A stretch of DNA of 64,000 bases from an uncultured Micromonosporaceae bacterium (GCA_966211315.1 CBIHNN010000013.1:19225-83224), one strand, 5' to 3'; numbered from the stretch's first letter, positions 9,297 through 19,498 are shown. Notes: generated from the sequence alone by a model not told the origin. Made by a program: numbers and translations.

Positions 9297-10664
9297 TCAG
9301 CTGCGCCGGGCCCGGTAGCGTTCGGCGACGTCCTCGGCCAGCTCCTGCCCCCGGTCGAGGGCCTCATCGACACTCATCCGCCCAGCGATCGCGGAGCTGA
9401 CGTGCTGCGACACCTGGGTTCCCAGGTCGGTGAACTCGGGGATGTCGATGAACTGGATGCCGATGGCGGGACGTGCCTGTACGCCCGGGTTACGCGGATC
9501 AGCGCTGGCGATGGCGGCGCGCTGGGGTTCGGCGAATGCGCCGGCCTCCTGCAGGTACTGCGGGTTCGTGTAGATGGAGGCGCGCTTGCCGGCGGGAACC
9601 CTGGACCAGCCGAGCTTCGCGCCGACCAGTTCCTCGTACTCCTTGCTGGACGCCCAGGAGATGAACCTCCACGCGTTGTCCTTCTTGGCGCTGGCCTGCT
9701 GGATGCTCCACGACCAGGCGTAGAGCCAGCCGGAGCTCTTCGTCTTGACGACGGGTGCGGCGACGTAGCCCATCTTGCCCTTGACCGGCGAGTTCGCGGC
9801 CTCGAGGGATCCGGCGGCGCTGGTGGCGTCGTACCACATCGCCGCATTGCCCTGGACCATGTTGTTGAGGCACTCGGTGAAGCCGGCCTGCGGTGCCCCG
9901 ATCTCACCGTGGTCGCGCACCAGGTCCACGTAGAACTGGGTGGCCTGCTTGAACTCGGGCGCGTTCACGGCGGCCTGCCAGTCGGCGGTGAACCAGGTCC
10001 CGCCGAAGGTGTTGACCACGGTGGTCAGCGGGGCGAAAATCTGCCCCCAGCCGGGCTGGCCCCGCAGGCAGATGCCCGCCATCCCGGGCACCTTGCCGTC
10101 GACCTGGGCGGCGATGTCGGCGACCTGCTGCCACGTCGGGTTGGGCGGCATCTGGATGCCCTGCTGCTCCAGCACGTCCTTGCGGTACATCAGGAACGAG
10201 GACTCCCCGTAGAACGGCTCCCCGTAGATCTTCCCGTCATCCGCGGTCAGCGACGTCGTCATGGGCCCGAGAACGTCGGCCTGATTGAACGCCGCGTCGG
10301 CCGCGATGTACGGGTCCAACGGTGCGACCCATTTGCTCTTCGCGTAGATCGGGATCTCGAAATTGCTCAGCGACGCGATGTCGTACTGTCCGGCCTGGCT
10401 GGAGAACTCTTGGCTGATCTTGTCTCGTACATCGTTCTCCGGCAGGACGGTGAAATTTACCCCGATGCCGGTCCTCGCCGTGAAATTCTCTGCCGTCAAC
10501 TGCTGCAGGTCGATCATTTGTGGATTGTTGACCATCAAGACGTTGATGCTGCTGGTCCCGCCGTTGTCAGCGCCCCCACCCCAGCCGGCGCAGCCGGTTG
10601 CGGTCAGGGCGACGACCGCGCCAACCACGGTCAACCTGCGAAAATGTGCCTGCGAACGAGCCAT
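9297..10664 (-). CDS. sugar/polyol ABC transporter substrate-binding lipoprotein (CUT1, sorbitol/mannitol type)
   Basis: Start MARSQAHFRRLTVVGAVVALTATGCAG (lipobox) preceded by GAGGAGG. Extracellular solute-binding family 1 architecture. First gene of the SBP-permease-permease-dehydrogenase operon. Confidence 0.9.
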   Translation of the reverse strand: MARSQAHFRRLTVVGAVVALTATGCAGWGGGADNGGTSSINVLMVNNPQMIDLQQLTAENFTARTGIGVNFTVLPENDVRDKISQEFSSQAGQYDIASLSNFEIPIYAKSKWVAPLDPYIAADAAFNQADVLGPMTTSLTADDGKIYGEPFYGESSFLMYRKDVLEQQGIQMPPNPTWQQVADIAAQVDGKVPGMAGICLRGQPGWGQIFAPLTTVVNTFGGTWFTADWQAAVNAPEFKQATQFYVDLVRDHGEIGAPQAGFTECLNNMVQGNAAMWYDATSAAGSLEAANSPVKGKMGYVAAPVVKTKSSGWLYAWSWSIQQASAKKDNAWRFISWASSKEYEELVGAKLGWSRVPAGKRASIYTNPQYLQEAGAFAEPQRAAIASADPRNPGVQARPAIGIQFIDIPEFTDLGTQVSQHVSSAIAGRMSVDEALDRGQELAEDVAERYRARRS

Positions 10665-10993
10665 TTCGCCTCCTCGCGCCGAGCTGGGCTGCCGCCCGGA
10701 CTGCATGCTGGAGCACTGTGGGGACTTGATGCAGTCTCATTTCATCCAGGACCGTGAGTCAATGGGTGCGCGCACATTGGGATAGATTCAGCTCAAATGA
10801 GAGGAAGTGAGAAGAAGTCGATGGCCACACATTTCGCGGGAGGTCCGCCGGAATTGGCGACGTACCGGCCTTCCGGTACGAAGTCTGCTCGTCCGCAGCG
10901 GTCGCAAGTGGCGGCGAGGAGGTTTGCACGCCGGCTCCTGCGGATAGTCAATCCCTTTCCGCTCTGCGTGGCCGGACAACACCAGGAGCGTCA

Positions 10994-12472
10994 ATGCCCT
11001 CTTTGACAGCAGCGACCCTATCGGACCTGCCCGCCGACGTACCCGGGCCCACGTACGACCGGCGGCGCCTCAGCACGGGCATCGTCCACTTCGGCGTCGG
11101 TGGGTTCCACCGCGCCCACGAGGCGATGTACGTCGACCGGCTCATGAACGAGGGTAAGGCCCTCGACTGGGCGATCTGCGGCGTCGGCGTCATGCCCGGC
11201 GACCGCCGGATGAAGGAGGTTCTCGACGCCCAGGACGGGCTGTACACGCTCGTCGTCAAGGCGCCGGACGGCACGATGGAGCCACGCGTCATCGGCGCCA
11301 TCCATGAATACCTGTTCGCTCCGGACGACCCGGAGGCGGTCATCACCACGTTGACCGACGAGGCTACCCGCATCGTGTCACTGACGGTGACCGAGGGCGG
11401 CTACAACTTCTCCGCCGTCACCGGCGACTTCGACCAGTCCAACCCGGCCGTCCAACGCGACCTCCGGCCCGGTGCGGTACCCGGAACGACGTTCGGGCTG
11501 ATCACGGAGGCGCTGGCGCGGCGCCGGGACCGTGGCCAGCCGCCGTTCACGATCATGTCCTGCGACAACATCCAGGGCAACGGTGACGCCGCCAGACGCA
11601 GCTTCGTCGCCTTCGCCCGGCTGCGGGACGCCGACCTGGGGGAGTGGGTCGCGCGCGAGGTCCGATTCCCCAACAGCATGGTGGACCGGATCACCCCGGT
11701 GACCACCGAGGAGGACATCGCGGAGGTCAGCGGCCGGTTCGGGATCGACGACCGGTGGCCGGTGGTGTGCGAACCGTTCACCCAGTGGGTCCTGGAGGAC
11801 GATTTCGCCCTCGGCCGGCCGCCGTTCGAGGAGGCCGGCGTGCAACTCGTCGACCATGTCGAACCCTACGAGTTGATGAAGCTGCGCCTGCTCAACGCCA
11901 GCCACCAGGCGCTGTGCTACTTCGGCTACCTGGCGGGTTACCGCCTGGTCCACGAGGTGTGCCAGGACCAGCTGTTCGCCACCTTCCTGCTGGCGTACAT
12001 GGATCGGGAAGCCACTCCGACGCTGGAACCCGTGCCCGGCATCGATCTCACGGAGTACCAGCACAACCTGATCGCCCGGTTCTCCAACGCCGCCGTGCGG
12101 GACACCGTTGCCCGCCTGTGCGCCGAGAGCTCCGACCGCATTCCGAAGTGGTTGCTGCCGGTGATCCGTCACAACCTCGCGAACGGTGGCGAGGTCCATC
12201 GTTCAGCCGCCGTCGTCGCCAGCTGGGCGCGCTACGCCGAGGGCATCGACGAGCAGGGCAGGCCCATCGAGGTCGTCGACCGGCTGAGGGACACGTTGAT
12301 GGCGAACGCGCGGCGCCAGCACGAGGATCCGCTTGCCTTCGTGGCGAACCGGCAGGTGTTCGGGGACCTGGTCGACGAAGAGCGGTTCGTGTCGGCCTAC
12401 CGGCGGGCACTCGCGGGGCTCCACCTCAAGGGTGCGCGGGCGACGCTGGAGGAACTGGTCGCGACGCCGTGA
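10994..12472 (+). CDS. mannitol 2-dehydrogenase family protein (long-chain mannitol dehydrogenase)
   Basis: GIVHFGVGGFHRAHEAMYVD, TVTEGGY, MSCDNIQGNG, FPNSMVDRITP, NASHQALCY. Divergent from the polyol ABC operon. Confidence 0.9.
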   Translation: MPSLTAATLSDLPADVPGPTYDRRRLSTGIVHFGVGGFHRAHEAMYVDRLMNEGKALDWAICGVGVMPGDRRMKEVLDAQDGLYTLVVKAPDGTMEPRVIGAIHEYLFAPDDPEAVITTLTDEATRIVSLTVTEGGYNFSAVTGDFDQSNPAVQRDLRPGAVPGTTFGLITEALARRRDRGQPPFTIMSCDNIQGNGDAARRSFVAFARLRDADLGEWVAREVRFPNSMVDRITPVTTEEDIAEVSGRFGIDDRWPVVCEPFTQWVLEDDFALGRPPFEEAGVQLVDHVEPYELMKLRLLNASHQALCYFGYLAGYRLVHEVCQDQLFATFLLAYMDREATPTLEPVPGIDLTEYQHNLIARFSNAAVRDTVARLCAESSDRIPKWLLPVIRHNLANGGEVHRSAAVVASWARYAEGIDEQGRPIEVVDRLRDTLMANARRQHEDPLAFVANRQVFGDLVDEERFVSAYRRALAGLHLKGARATLEELVATP

Positions 12473-12578
12473 CGGTGAGGTGCGTTCGGCGGCGGCAGGA
12501 GCCGCGGTCGGCGCGGCGTGGTCGTCATGGCGTGGTCGTCGTGGCGCACTGCCTCGGCCAGGTCAGCGCCGCGGCCCG

Positions 12579-15308
12579 TCAGATCGAGGTGGTCGCGTAG
12601 TCGCGGTGCGTCCGGACGTCGGCGGTCGCCAGAGCCGGGGCGGCGAGGCCCGCGCCCAGGCAGACGAAACCCGCCGCCGCGGCCAACGCCAGGACGCCCT
12701 GCGTGCGGGTGCCCTCCTGGGCCGCGGCGAGGGCATCGGCCGGTGCCCGGCCCGCCCGCAGTCCGACGTGGTACGCCCGCATCAACGGAGCCGTCTCTCC
12801 GTCCGGCACCGGGACGACCGGGGCGACAAGCGTGGCGGTGCCCTGGCCCAGAAGTGCGGTGGTGAGACCGAGAACCTCCTCGCCGGCGACGACGTGACCG
12901 CGGCCGGAGTCGCAGGCGGCGAGTACGACGTGGTGCGGGGCGTTGCCCAGCAGCTCAAGGTCGTAAACGGTGTACGGGCCGTCGGCCAGCCGCAGCGACG
13001 AGAACAACGGGTTGTCCGAGCGTAGGTGGCCGTGCGCCGCCACGTGGACCAGCGTCGCGCCGCTCATCGCCGCCGCCACGTGCCGAGCGTCGGCGGCGGC
13101 GTCGAACAGGCGGGTGGCGGTCCCGTACAGGGCGGCGACGGCCTCGGCCTCGCCGCGCGCGCCGGGCAGGCCGGGACCGGCGACCACCGTCACGCGGCCG
13201 GTGACGTCCACCGGGGCCCTGAGCATCGACTGGTACCAGAGCAGCGCCGAGGGAGCCACCGTGACCGGCCGACCCACGCACGACGGCAGCACCGACCACG
13301 GCAGCGACTGCAGCGGGCCGGTGGGCACGACGACCAGCGACCGGTCCCCGACGACGCGGCGCAGCGGCTTGAGCAGCGTGCCGTCGAAGACGTCGCGTAC
13401 CCGCTCCAGCACGGCCGTCGCGGCCGCCGCGCTCGCCGCCGACGTCCGGGCGTTGGCCAGCCGGCGAAGGGCGAACGGCAGGTGAACCAGTTCATGGCGC
13501 ACCGCGGCGAGCGGGCCGAGGTGGTGCAGCCGGATCCGCCCGGCGACGACGGTGACGGCGTGCAGCTCGTCCCCGAGCTCCACGTACTCGACGAGCGCCG
13601 CCCGGTCCAGCTGCTCGGCAAGCTGACCCGGCGACGGCGGCCGGGTCCCTCCCGGCGTACGCGAACCACCGATCCGGCGGCAATGGTCCCTGATCCGCCG
13701 CTCCATCGTGACCTGACGCTGCACCAGCGTGGCCGTGGGCCGCCCGCTGCCGCGTTCCCGGTCGATCGTGCTCATGGTGGCCCGCAGCTCGGCGAGGAGC
13801 TCCGCGAGCCTCGGGTCGTCCGGTGGCTGGATCGGTCGCAGCAGGGTGGCGACACCCCTGCCCCGCTCGGCCCACCGGTACGCCCCCCGGGCGTCACCGT
13901 CCTCCAGGGCCATCCGTACGCCGAGCGCCGCCAGCGAACCGCGGTGCGCCGAGACGTGCGCCCGCAGCTCCGTGGCGCCCAGCGTGGCCTGGTACTCCTC
14001 CACGATGTCAAGTCCGGCGGAGAGGGCGCGCAGGGTGCCGTAGCGCCGCCCGTCGGCCTGGCGCAGCAGCGCCTCGGCGAGCCAGGCGCGGGCACGGGCG
14101 TCCGCGGGGCCGGTGGCGCGGGCGCGGCTGGCCAGCGCCAGATCCGTACGGGCCTGCTCGCGGCGCCCCCGTGCGAGCGACAGCCGTCCGGCGTACACCC
14201 TGGCCTCCAGGGCGGGCACGGTCCAGCCGGCGCGGGCGAGGTCGTCGGCCGAGCGTCGCGCCTGGGCCGGCGCGACCCGGGTGGGGTCGCGTACCACCCT
14301 CGCCTGTAGCCGGGCGTGCCGGGCCAGTGCCAGCCATTCCCGCCGCCCCTGCCGGCTGAATTCCCGGGCGGCCTGACCTGCGGCCTGCTCCGCGGTACTC
14401 AGGTCGCCCGCGACCAGCGCCACGGTGGACAGCAGCAGCCGCGCTTCCGGCAGGTTGATCCGCTTCTGCCTGCCGTAGACCCGCACCGCCTCCTCGGCGG
14501 TGGCGCGCGCCTCCTCGACGAGGTTCACCGACAGCAGCAGCCGGGCCCGGTCCACGAGCAGTGAACCCACTTCCATGCCGAGCCGGCCGTAATGCGCCTC
14601 CGCCCGGTCGAAGCACTCCAGGGCCGCCGGCACCTCGCCCCTGCTGGCCTTGAGGCACCCGAGATTCTGTTCCAGGTACGCCTGCGGCAGGTCCAGTCCG
14701 TGTGCGGCGGACAGCTGGAGCCCCGCAACGAGATCCGCCTCGGCCGCCGCGAAGGACAACCGGTCGATGTGGATCAGGCTGCGGTTGTTCAACGCGCGGG
14801 TCTCCCACTGCACGTCGCCGAAGCGCCGGAGCAACGCCAGCGCCGGTCGGAGCGTCTCCAACGCCTCGTCGCCGTGGCCCATCTCCTGCAGGATCGCCGC
14901 CCGCTGCACCAGGGCGCGGGCGGCCGAGACCCCCTCCAGCTCCGAGACGGCGATCTCGATCTCCCGGATCGCGCGAGTTGCGGACCCCCGCAGCACGAGG
15001 GCGGCGGCCAGGCTCATCCGCGCTTCACCGGTCAACTGGGCGGACCGGGCGCGTCGCGCCGCCGCCACCGAGCCCCGCAGGTGGACGACCGCCTCGTCGA
15101 GGTCGCGCAGCTGCATCGCAGCGACCCCGCGGGCCCGCTTCGCGACACTCTCCGCGGCCCGGTCGCCGACGCCGCGGGCGATCCGCTCGGCTCGCTCGGC
15201 GAGCAGCCGGGCCCGATGGGGCTGCACCGTGGCCATGCGCAGCGCCTCGGTCGGATCCCCCTGCGCGCGGCCAAGGGTTGCCGCCGGTCGTGACACGTCA
15301 ACCACCAC
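12579..15308 (-). CDS. TPR-repeat protein with C-terminal CHAT (caspase-like Cys/His) protease domain
   Basis: About 600 aa of helical TPR-like repeats, then LVHVAAHGHLRSDNPLFSSL (His) and HHVVLAACDSGRG (Cys), the CHAT dyad context. No N-terminal signal peptide. The start could instead be ATG 15236. Confidence 0.85.
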   Translation of the reverse strand: MVVDVSRPAATLGRAQGDPTEALRMATVQPHRARLLAERAERIARGVGDRAAESVAKRARGVAAMQLRDLDEAVVHLRGSVAAARRARSAQLTGEARMSLAAALVLRGSATRAIREIEIAVSELEGVSAARALVQRAAILQEMGHGDEALETLRPALALLRRFGDVQWETRALNNRSLIHIDRLSFAAAEADLVAGLQLSAAHGLDLPQAYLEQNLGCLKASRGEVPAALECFDRAEAHYGRLGMEVGSLLVDRARLLLSVNLVEEARATAEEAVRVYGRQKRINLPEARLLLSTVALVAGDLSTAEQAAGQAAREFSRQGRREWLALARHARLQARVVRDPTRVAPAQARRSADDLARAGWTVPALEARVYAGRLSLARGRREQARTDLALASRARATGPADARARAWLAEALLRQADGRRYGTLRALSAGLDIVEEYQATLGATELRAHVSAHRGSLAALGVRMALEDGDARGAYRWAERGRGVATLLRPIQPPDDPRLAELLAELRATMSTIDRERGSGRPTATLVQRQVTMERRIRDHCRRIGGSRTPGGTRPPSPGQLAEQLDRAALVEYVELGDELHAVTVVAGRIRLHHLGPLAAVRHELVHLPFALRRLANARTSAASAAAATAVLERVRDVFDGTLLKPLRRVVGDRSLVVVPTGPLQSLPWSVLPSCVGRPVTVAPSALLWYQSMLRAPVDVTGRVTVVAGPGLPGARGEAEAVAALYGTATRLFDAAADARHVAAAMSGATLVHVAAHGHLRSDNPLFSSLRLADGPYTVYDLELLGNAPHHVVLAACDSGRGHVVAGEEVLGLTTALLGQGTATLVAPVVPVPDGETAPLMRAYHVGLRAGRAPADALAAAQEGTRTQGVLALAAAAGFVCLGAGLAAPALATADVRTHRDYATTSI

Positions 15309-15442
15309 CCACCTGTGCGCAAGCGCGGCCGTCTCATCCTAGGCGGGTTCTGCGCTGTCGCAGAGAAGACTTTGCGCCTCAGGCTCCGTCACCCATGGAT
15401 AGCCTCTGATGGTTTGCAGGGGAGACACATCTGGGGGCAGCG

Positions 15443-16756
15443 ATGAGGCACGGCGAATCCGAGAACGCAGTGGTGGCCCAGCAACATCTTCGGCCGGTGT
15501 TGGCGGCGCTCGACGAGGCGCGTGAGATCGCCGGTGTGGACGACCGGCTCTACCTCGATCCGGAGACGAGCGACATCTTGGAGCTCGCCCGGATCACCTT
15601 TCCCGACGTGGGCCGGGCCGCGGAGGCGGTCAGCAGCTGGTCCGACCAGCAGGGTGCCGGCGCCGACTTCCAGGGCCTGCGCCGTCCTCCGGTGGATCGG
15701 CCCCTCGACCGGCTGCTGTGGAGCCTGCGGGCGGGCTTCGGCACGCGGTTCCACGGCTGGATGCCGACGCTCGGTAAGGACCGGCTGGTCGGGCCGGTCA
15801 GTGGCGGGCAGAACCCGCCGCAGGCCGGGGTGAGTGGCGCCGGTGAGATCTCGTACGGCGGCGGTGGCGCGCCGCAGGCCGTCCGGGAGCGGCCGGAATG
15901 GGCGGGCGTACGGCCGGCCGTGACTCCCACCGGCGTGCAGGTGGGTCTCGTCGACACAGCGATGGTCGATCATGACTACCTGACCGGTGCCTGGGTGGGG
16001 CCGTACGCCGACGCCGCTACGGGCACGTTGCAGGCCGAGGCGGGGCACGCGACGTTCATCGCCGGGCTCATCCGCCAGTACGCACCGGCCGTCACCGTCC
16101 AGGTTCGTCCGGTGCTGGACGAACACGGCCGGGCGGACGCCTGGGCGGCGGCTCACCGGATCGTCGAGGCGGGCCGGGCCGGCATCGACGTGCTGAACCT
16201 GTCCTTCGTCTGCTACACGGGCGACGGCATGCCACCGATGGTGCTCGCCGCGGCGCTCGATCGGCTGAATTCCGACACCGTGGTGGTGGCCGCCGCCGGC
16301 AACCACGGCTACCTGGAGGACGGGCGGCAGCGTACGCCGGCCTGGCCTGCCGCGTTCCCGCGTGTCATCGCCGTGGGAGCCGCCACCGAGGACGACTGCG
16401 ACAAGGCGGCCAGCTTCACCCCGGGTGGGCCCTGGATCGACGTGCTCGCGCCGGGGACGAACGTGACGAGCACCTACCTCGACGGGAGGGTGTTGACCTG
16501 GGAGGATCCCGACGGGTCCGGCCCAGCCCTGTCCGAGCGGATCGCCCGGCGGTTCACCGGCTACGCGTCGTGGAGCGGCACCTCGTTCGCGGCGGGCATC
16601 GTCAGCGCCATGATCGCCACGCGCATCGAGCCGGGCCGCCGGAGCGCGCCGCAGGCGTGGGAGGCTCTGCTGGCCGAGGCCAGGGCCGCGCAACGGGAGC
16701 GGCGCATGCCGGACCACCCGGTGATCCTGCCACCGTATCCGGGCCGTCGATCGTGA
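15443..16756 (+). CDS. S8 (subtilisin-like) serine peptidase without signal peptide
   Basis: Triad contexts VGLVDTAMVDHD (Asp), GHATFIAGLI (His) and SGTSFAAGIVSA (Ser); oxyanion AAAGNHG. The roughly 160-aa N-terminal region is non-hydrophobic and unassigned. Confidence 0.85.
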   Translation: MRHGESENAVVAQQHLRPVLAALDEAREIAGVDDRLYLDPETSDILELARITFPDVGRAAEAVSSWSDQQGAGADFQGLRRPPVDRPLDRLLWSLRAGFGTRFHGWMPTLGKDRLVGPVSGGQNPPQAGVSGAGEISYGGGGAPQAVRERPEWAGVRPAVTPTGVQVGLVDTAMVDHDYLTGAWVGPYADAATGTLQAEAGHATFIAGLIRQYAPAVTVQVRPVLDEHGRADAWAAAHRIVEAGRAGIDVLNLSFVCYTGDGMPPMVLAAALDRLNSDTVVVAAAGNHGYLEDGRQRTPAWPAAFPRVIAVGAATEDDCDKAASFTPGGPWIDVLAPGTNVTSTYLDGRVLTWEDPDGSGPALSERIARRFTGYASWSGTSFAAGIVSAMIATRIEPGRRSAPQAWEALLAEARAAQRERRMPDHPVILPPYPGRRS

Positions 16757-16771
16757 CCGGGAAGACTGAGG

Positions 16772-17674
16772 TCAGGGAATCAGAACGAGTTTTCCGCGGA
16801 CATGGCCGTCCTGACTGATGCGGTATGCCTCGGCGGCGCGGTGGAACGGGAAGGTCTGGATCTTGATCACCAGCGCGTTCTGCGCCAACAACTCGGCGAC
16901 GTAGGCCATGGCCTGCATCGGGTGGCTGTCCGCTCCGCCACCGGTCACCCGCGCTCCGGCCTGCCCGCCGGCGAAGTTGGCGATCGTGACAACCTGCGAC
17001 GGCTTGGAGACCAGCGAGATCAAATCCTCGATCGGAGTCTTGCCGGCAACGTCGAACACGGCGTCGACCGGGCCGCCGGCCGCCTCCCGTACCCGGGTGA
17101 CGACGCCAGGGCCGTAGAGCACCGGGGTGGCCCCGATCTCGCGTAGATAATCGTGGTTGGCCGCACTCGCCGAGGCGATCACCGTCGCGTCTCGGGCAAC
17201 CGCCATCTGCACGGCGGTCGCTCCTACGCCGCCCGCGCCACCGTCCACGAAGAGGGTCTCGCCGGCCTTGACGTCCAGCAGGCGAAGAGCGCGTTCGCCG
17301 GTCTCACCGGCGACGCCCGCCGCGGCCGCCACCGCCCAGTCGACGGACGGCGGCTTGGCGGCCCAGGAGTCCAGGACGGCGTACTCCGCCTGGGTGTTAC
17401 GGCCGCGGCCGAACACCTCGTCGCCCACCGACACGTCCGTGACCCCCTCGCCGACCTCGTCCACCACCCCGGCGGCGTCGTATCCCAGATAACCCGTGCC
17501 GGACAACGGACGGCCGCCGGACATCATCCCGCCGAACGTCTTCCAGTCGATCGGGTTCACACTGGCCGCACGCACCGTGATCCGGATCTGGCCCGGGCCC
17601 GCGTGCGGATCTGGAGCTTCTGCCCACGTGAGGACCTCGGGACCCCCATAGGTCGTAAACTGCAGCGCTCTCAT
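16772..17674 (-). CDS. NADPH:quinone oxidoreductase-like MDR family protein
   Basis: MRALQFTTYGGPEVL...VRAASVNPIDWK...GGAGGVGATAVQMA is the typical zeta-crystallin/QOR pattern. Confidence 0.85.
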   Translation of the reverse strand: MRALQFTTYGGPEVLTWAEAPDPHAGPGQIRITVRAASVNPIDWKTFGGMMSGGRPLSGTGYLGYDAAGVVDEVGEGVTDVSVGDEVFGRGRNTQAEYAVLDSWAAKPPSVDWAVAAAAGVAGETGERALRLLDVKAGETLFVDGGAGGVGATAVQMAVARDATVIASASAANHDYLREIGATPVLYGPGVVTRVREAAGGPVDAVFDVAGKTPIEDLISLVSKPSQVVTIANFAGGQAGARVTGGGADSHPMQAMAYVAELLAQNALVIKIQTFPFHRAAEAYRISQDGHVRGKLVLIP

Positions 17675-17835
17675 CCCACAGTCCTTTCACGTGAGCCGGG
17701 TATCGCCCGTCATCCATCAGGTGCTCGCGTCATCGGGTCCCTGCCCAGCTTCGGTGTCCCGCCCGTCGCCGCGGCTCATCACCGTACCGTCGGTACGGGT
17801 CCGGGAGGTCGGCGGATCTCGTGCGACAGGCCGCG

Positions 17836-18786
17836 CTAGCCCTGCCGGGCGAGGTCGGCGACCCCGATGACACCGGCCTCGTCCCCACCCAACAGGGCCG
17901 TACGCACCTCGGCGGTGAGGCGATGCCCGCGACCGGTCAGCCGGGCGCGCAGTGCCTGCCAGGCGGGCTCGCGGAGCAGTTCGCCCGCTTCTGACACGCC
18001 ACCCGCCAGGACAAAGGCGTTCGGGTCGAGGACGGCCGCCAGATCGGCCATTCCCCGGCCCAGCCAGTCGCCCACAATGCCGAAGGCCTGCACCGCCACG
18101 TTGTCGCCGGCCCGCGCCGCGACGGTGACCATCGGACCGGTGATCCCGCCCGGTCGGCCGTCGGCGAGAGCGAGCAACACGCCCGCACGCTCCGGCGTGG
18201 CAGTGGCCAGCCGCCGCGCCTCCGCCATCAGAGCCCGTCCACTGCCGTACTGCTCCCAGCACCCCTGGTTACCGCAACCACACCGCCGGCCGTCAGCCAC
18301 CATGCTGAGATGCCCTATCTCCGCCGCCAGACCGAACCTGCCGCGGCGCAGCTTGCCGTCGATGATGATGCCCCCACCGATACCGGTGCCGACCGTGACC
18401 ACCACGACGTCCGATTCTCCTGCACCGGCACCGAACCGGGCTTCGGCCCATGCGGCGGCGTTCGCGTCGTTCTCCACGACCGTGGGCAGGCCGACGCGGC
18501 GTTCGACGGCCGGCCCGAGTGGCTCGTTTCGCCAGGACAGGTTCGGCGCGAACAGCACCGTCGATCGGTCCGCGCTCACGAATCCGGCGGCGCCCACGCC
18601 GACGACCTCGACGGGATGGGACCGGAGAAGCTCCAGAACCGCCTCGGCGATCACATCCTCGACATCCGCGCGGGTCCCGCCGGCTGGGGTGTCCCGGCGA
18701 GATTTGGCCAGCACCATGCCCTCGCCGTCGACCACACCGGCGGCCACCTTCGTGCCGCCCACGTCCACACCGATCGCCAACACCAT
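17836..18786 (-). CDS. glk: ROK family glucokinase
   Basis: MVLAIGVDVGGTKVAAGVVD (ATP site), ENDANAAAWAE, and ROK zinc motif CGCGNQGCWEQYGSG. About 316 aa with no HTH domain. GGAGG lies 7 nt upstream of the ATG at 18786. Confidence 0.8.
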   Translation of the reverse strand: MVLAIGVDVGGTKVAAGVVDGEGMVLAKSRRDTPAGGTRADVEDVIAEAVLELLRSHPVEVVGVGAAGFVSADRSTVLFAPNLSWRNEPLGPAVERRVGLPTVVENDANAAAWAEARFGAGAGESDVVVVTVGTGIGGGIIIDGKLRRGRFGLAAEIGHLSMVADGRRCGCGNQGCWEQYGSGRALMAEARRLATATPERAGVLLALADGRPGGITGPMVTVAARAGDNVAVQAFGIVGDWLGRGMADLAAVLDPNAFVLAGGVSEAGELLREPAWQALRARLTGRGHRLTAEVRTALLGGDEAGVIGVADLARQG

Positions 18787-19059
18787 GATGACCTCCACCG
18801 GCCGGTACCCAGGAGGCTAGTCCCGTATACCGATGCCTGGATGGGGTCGTGCACATGGTGCTGCGACCGGTCGGGCGCGCGGCGGCGGATCGCGGATCGT
18901 CGTCCTCGATGGCGGTTCCCCGCGTGTCGGTCCGCACGGGCCGGTTGAGCCATCGCCGCGAAACCAGCCGATGCGGTGAACCTTTGCCGCCGCGTACCCC
19001 CGACTCCGGAGACTCTCGGAGCCTGCCGGGCGGAGCACCGCTGCGGGCGACCGCCACCC

Positions 19060-19257
19060 TCACTCCTGCGGCTGGGCGGCCGGTTCGACGTGCGCCTCCG
19101 GCCCGGGGAAGATCATGACGACGTGCCCGTCGGGCCACTGCACCTCGTACGGCGGGGTACCGTCGGTGTGCGGCACGGCGGTGATGACTCCGATCCGGCG
19201 TACGTCGCCGACGTGGATTCCCTTGACGACGAGCCGGTCTCCGACGTGTGCGATCAT
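19060..19257 (-). CDS. DUF1918-like small protein
   Basis: The 65-aa sequence MIAHVGDRLVVKGIHVGDVRRIGVITAVPHTDGTPPYEVQWPDGHVVMIFPGPEAHV matches my recollection of the small SH3-like DUF1918 family. GC3 is high. Confidence 0.6.
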   Translation of the reverse strand: MIAHVGDRLVVKGIHVGDVRRIGVITAVPHTDGTPPYEVQWPDGHVVMIFPGPEAHVEPAAQPQE

Positions 19258-19498
19258 GTGGACCTCCCGGTGCCGATTGCCTGAACAAGGGCCGCCAGCC
19301 CGCACGCACGTCGCAGGTGTGACAGGTTCGGTCATGGCGACCGTGGGTGTTGTGGCGCTCCGGCCACATCCCGTCCCTGTCCAATCCTGCGCTCGCCGAG
19401 CGGTTCCCGCAGGCGCCACGCTCAGTTTTCACCCGGTGGCGTCCGCCCGGCCCGGGTTCCGGGGGTCTGCGACGCAGGGGGAGCCCGTCGGCGCGCCA

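Noticed and set aside
9204-10757. 517-aa ORF on the plus strand
   Set aside because: It is antisense to the polyol binding-protein gene. No motifs are present.
10766-10775. Perfect 10-bp palindrome GTGCGCGCAC in the polyol-operon / mannitol dehydrogenase divergent region
   Set aside because: A 10-bp GC palindrome is expected by chance in DNA of this composition. The flanks do not extend the symmetry.
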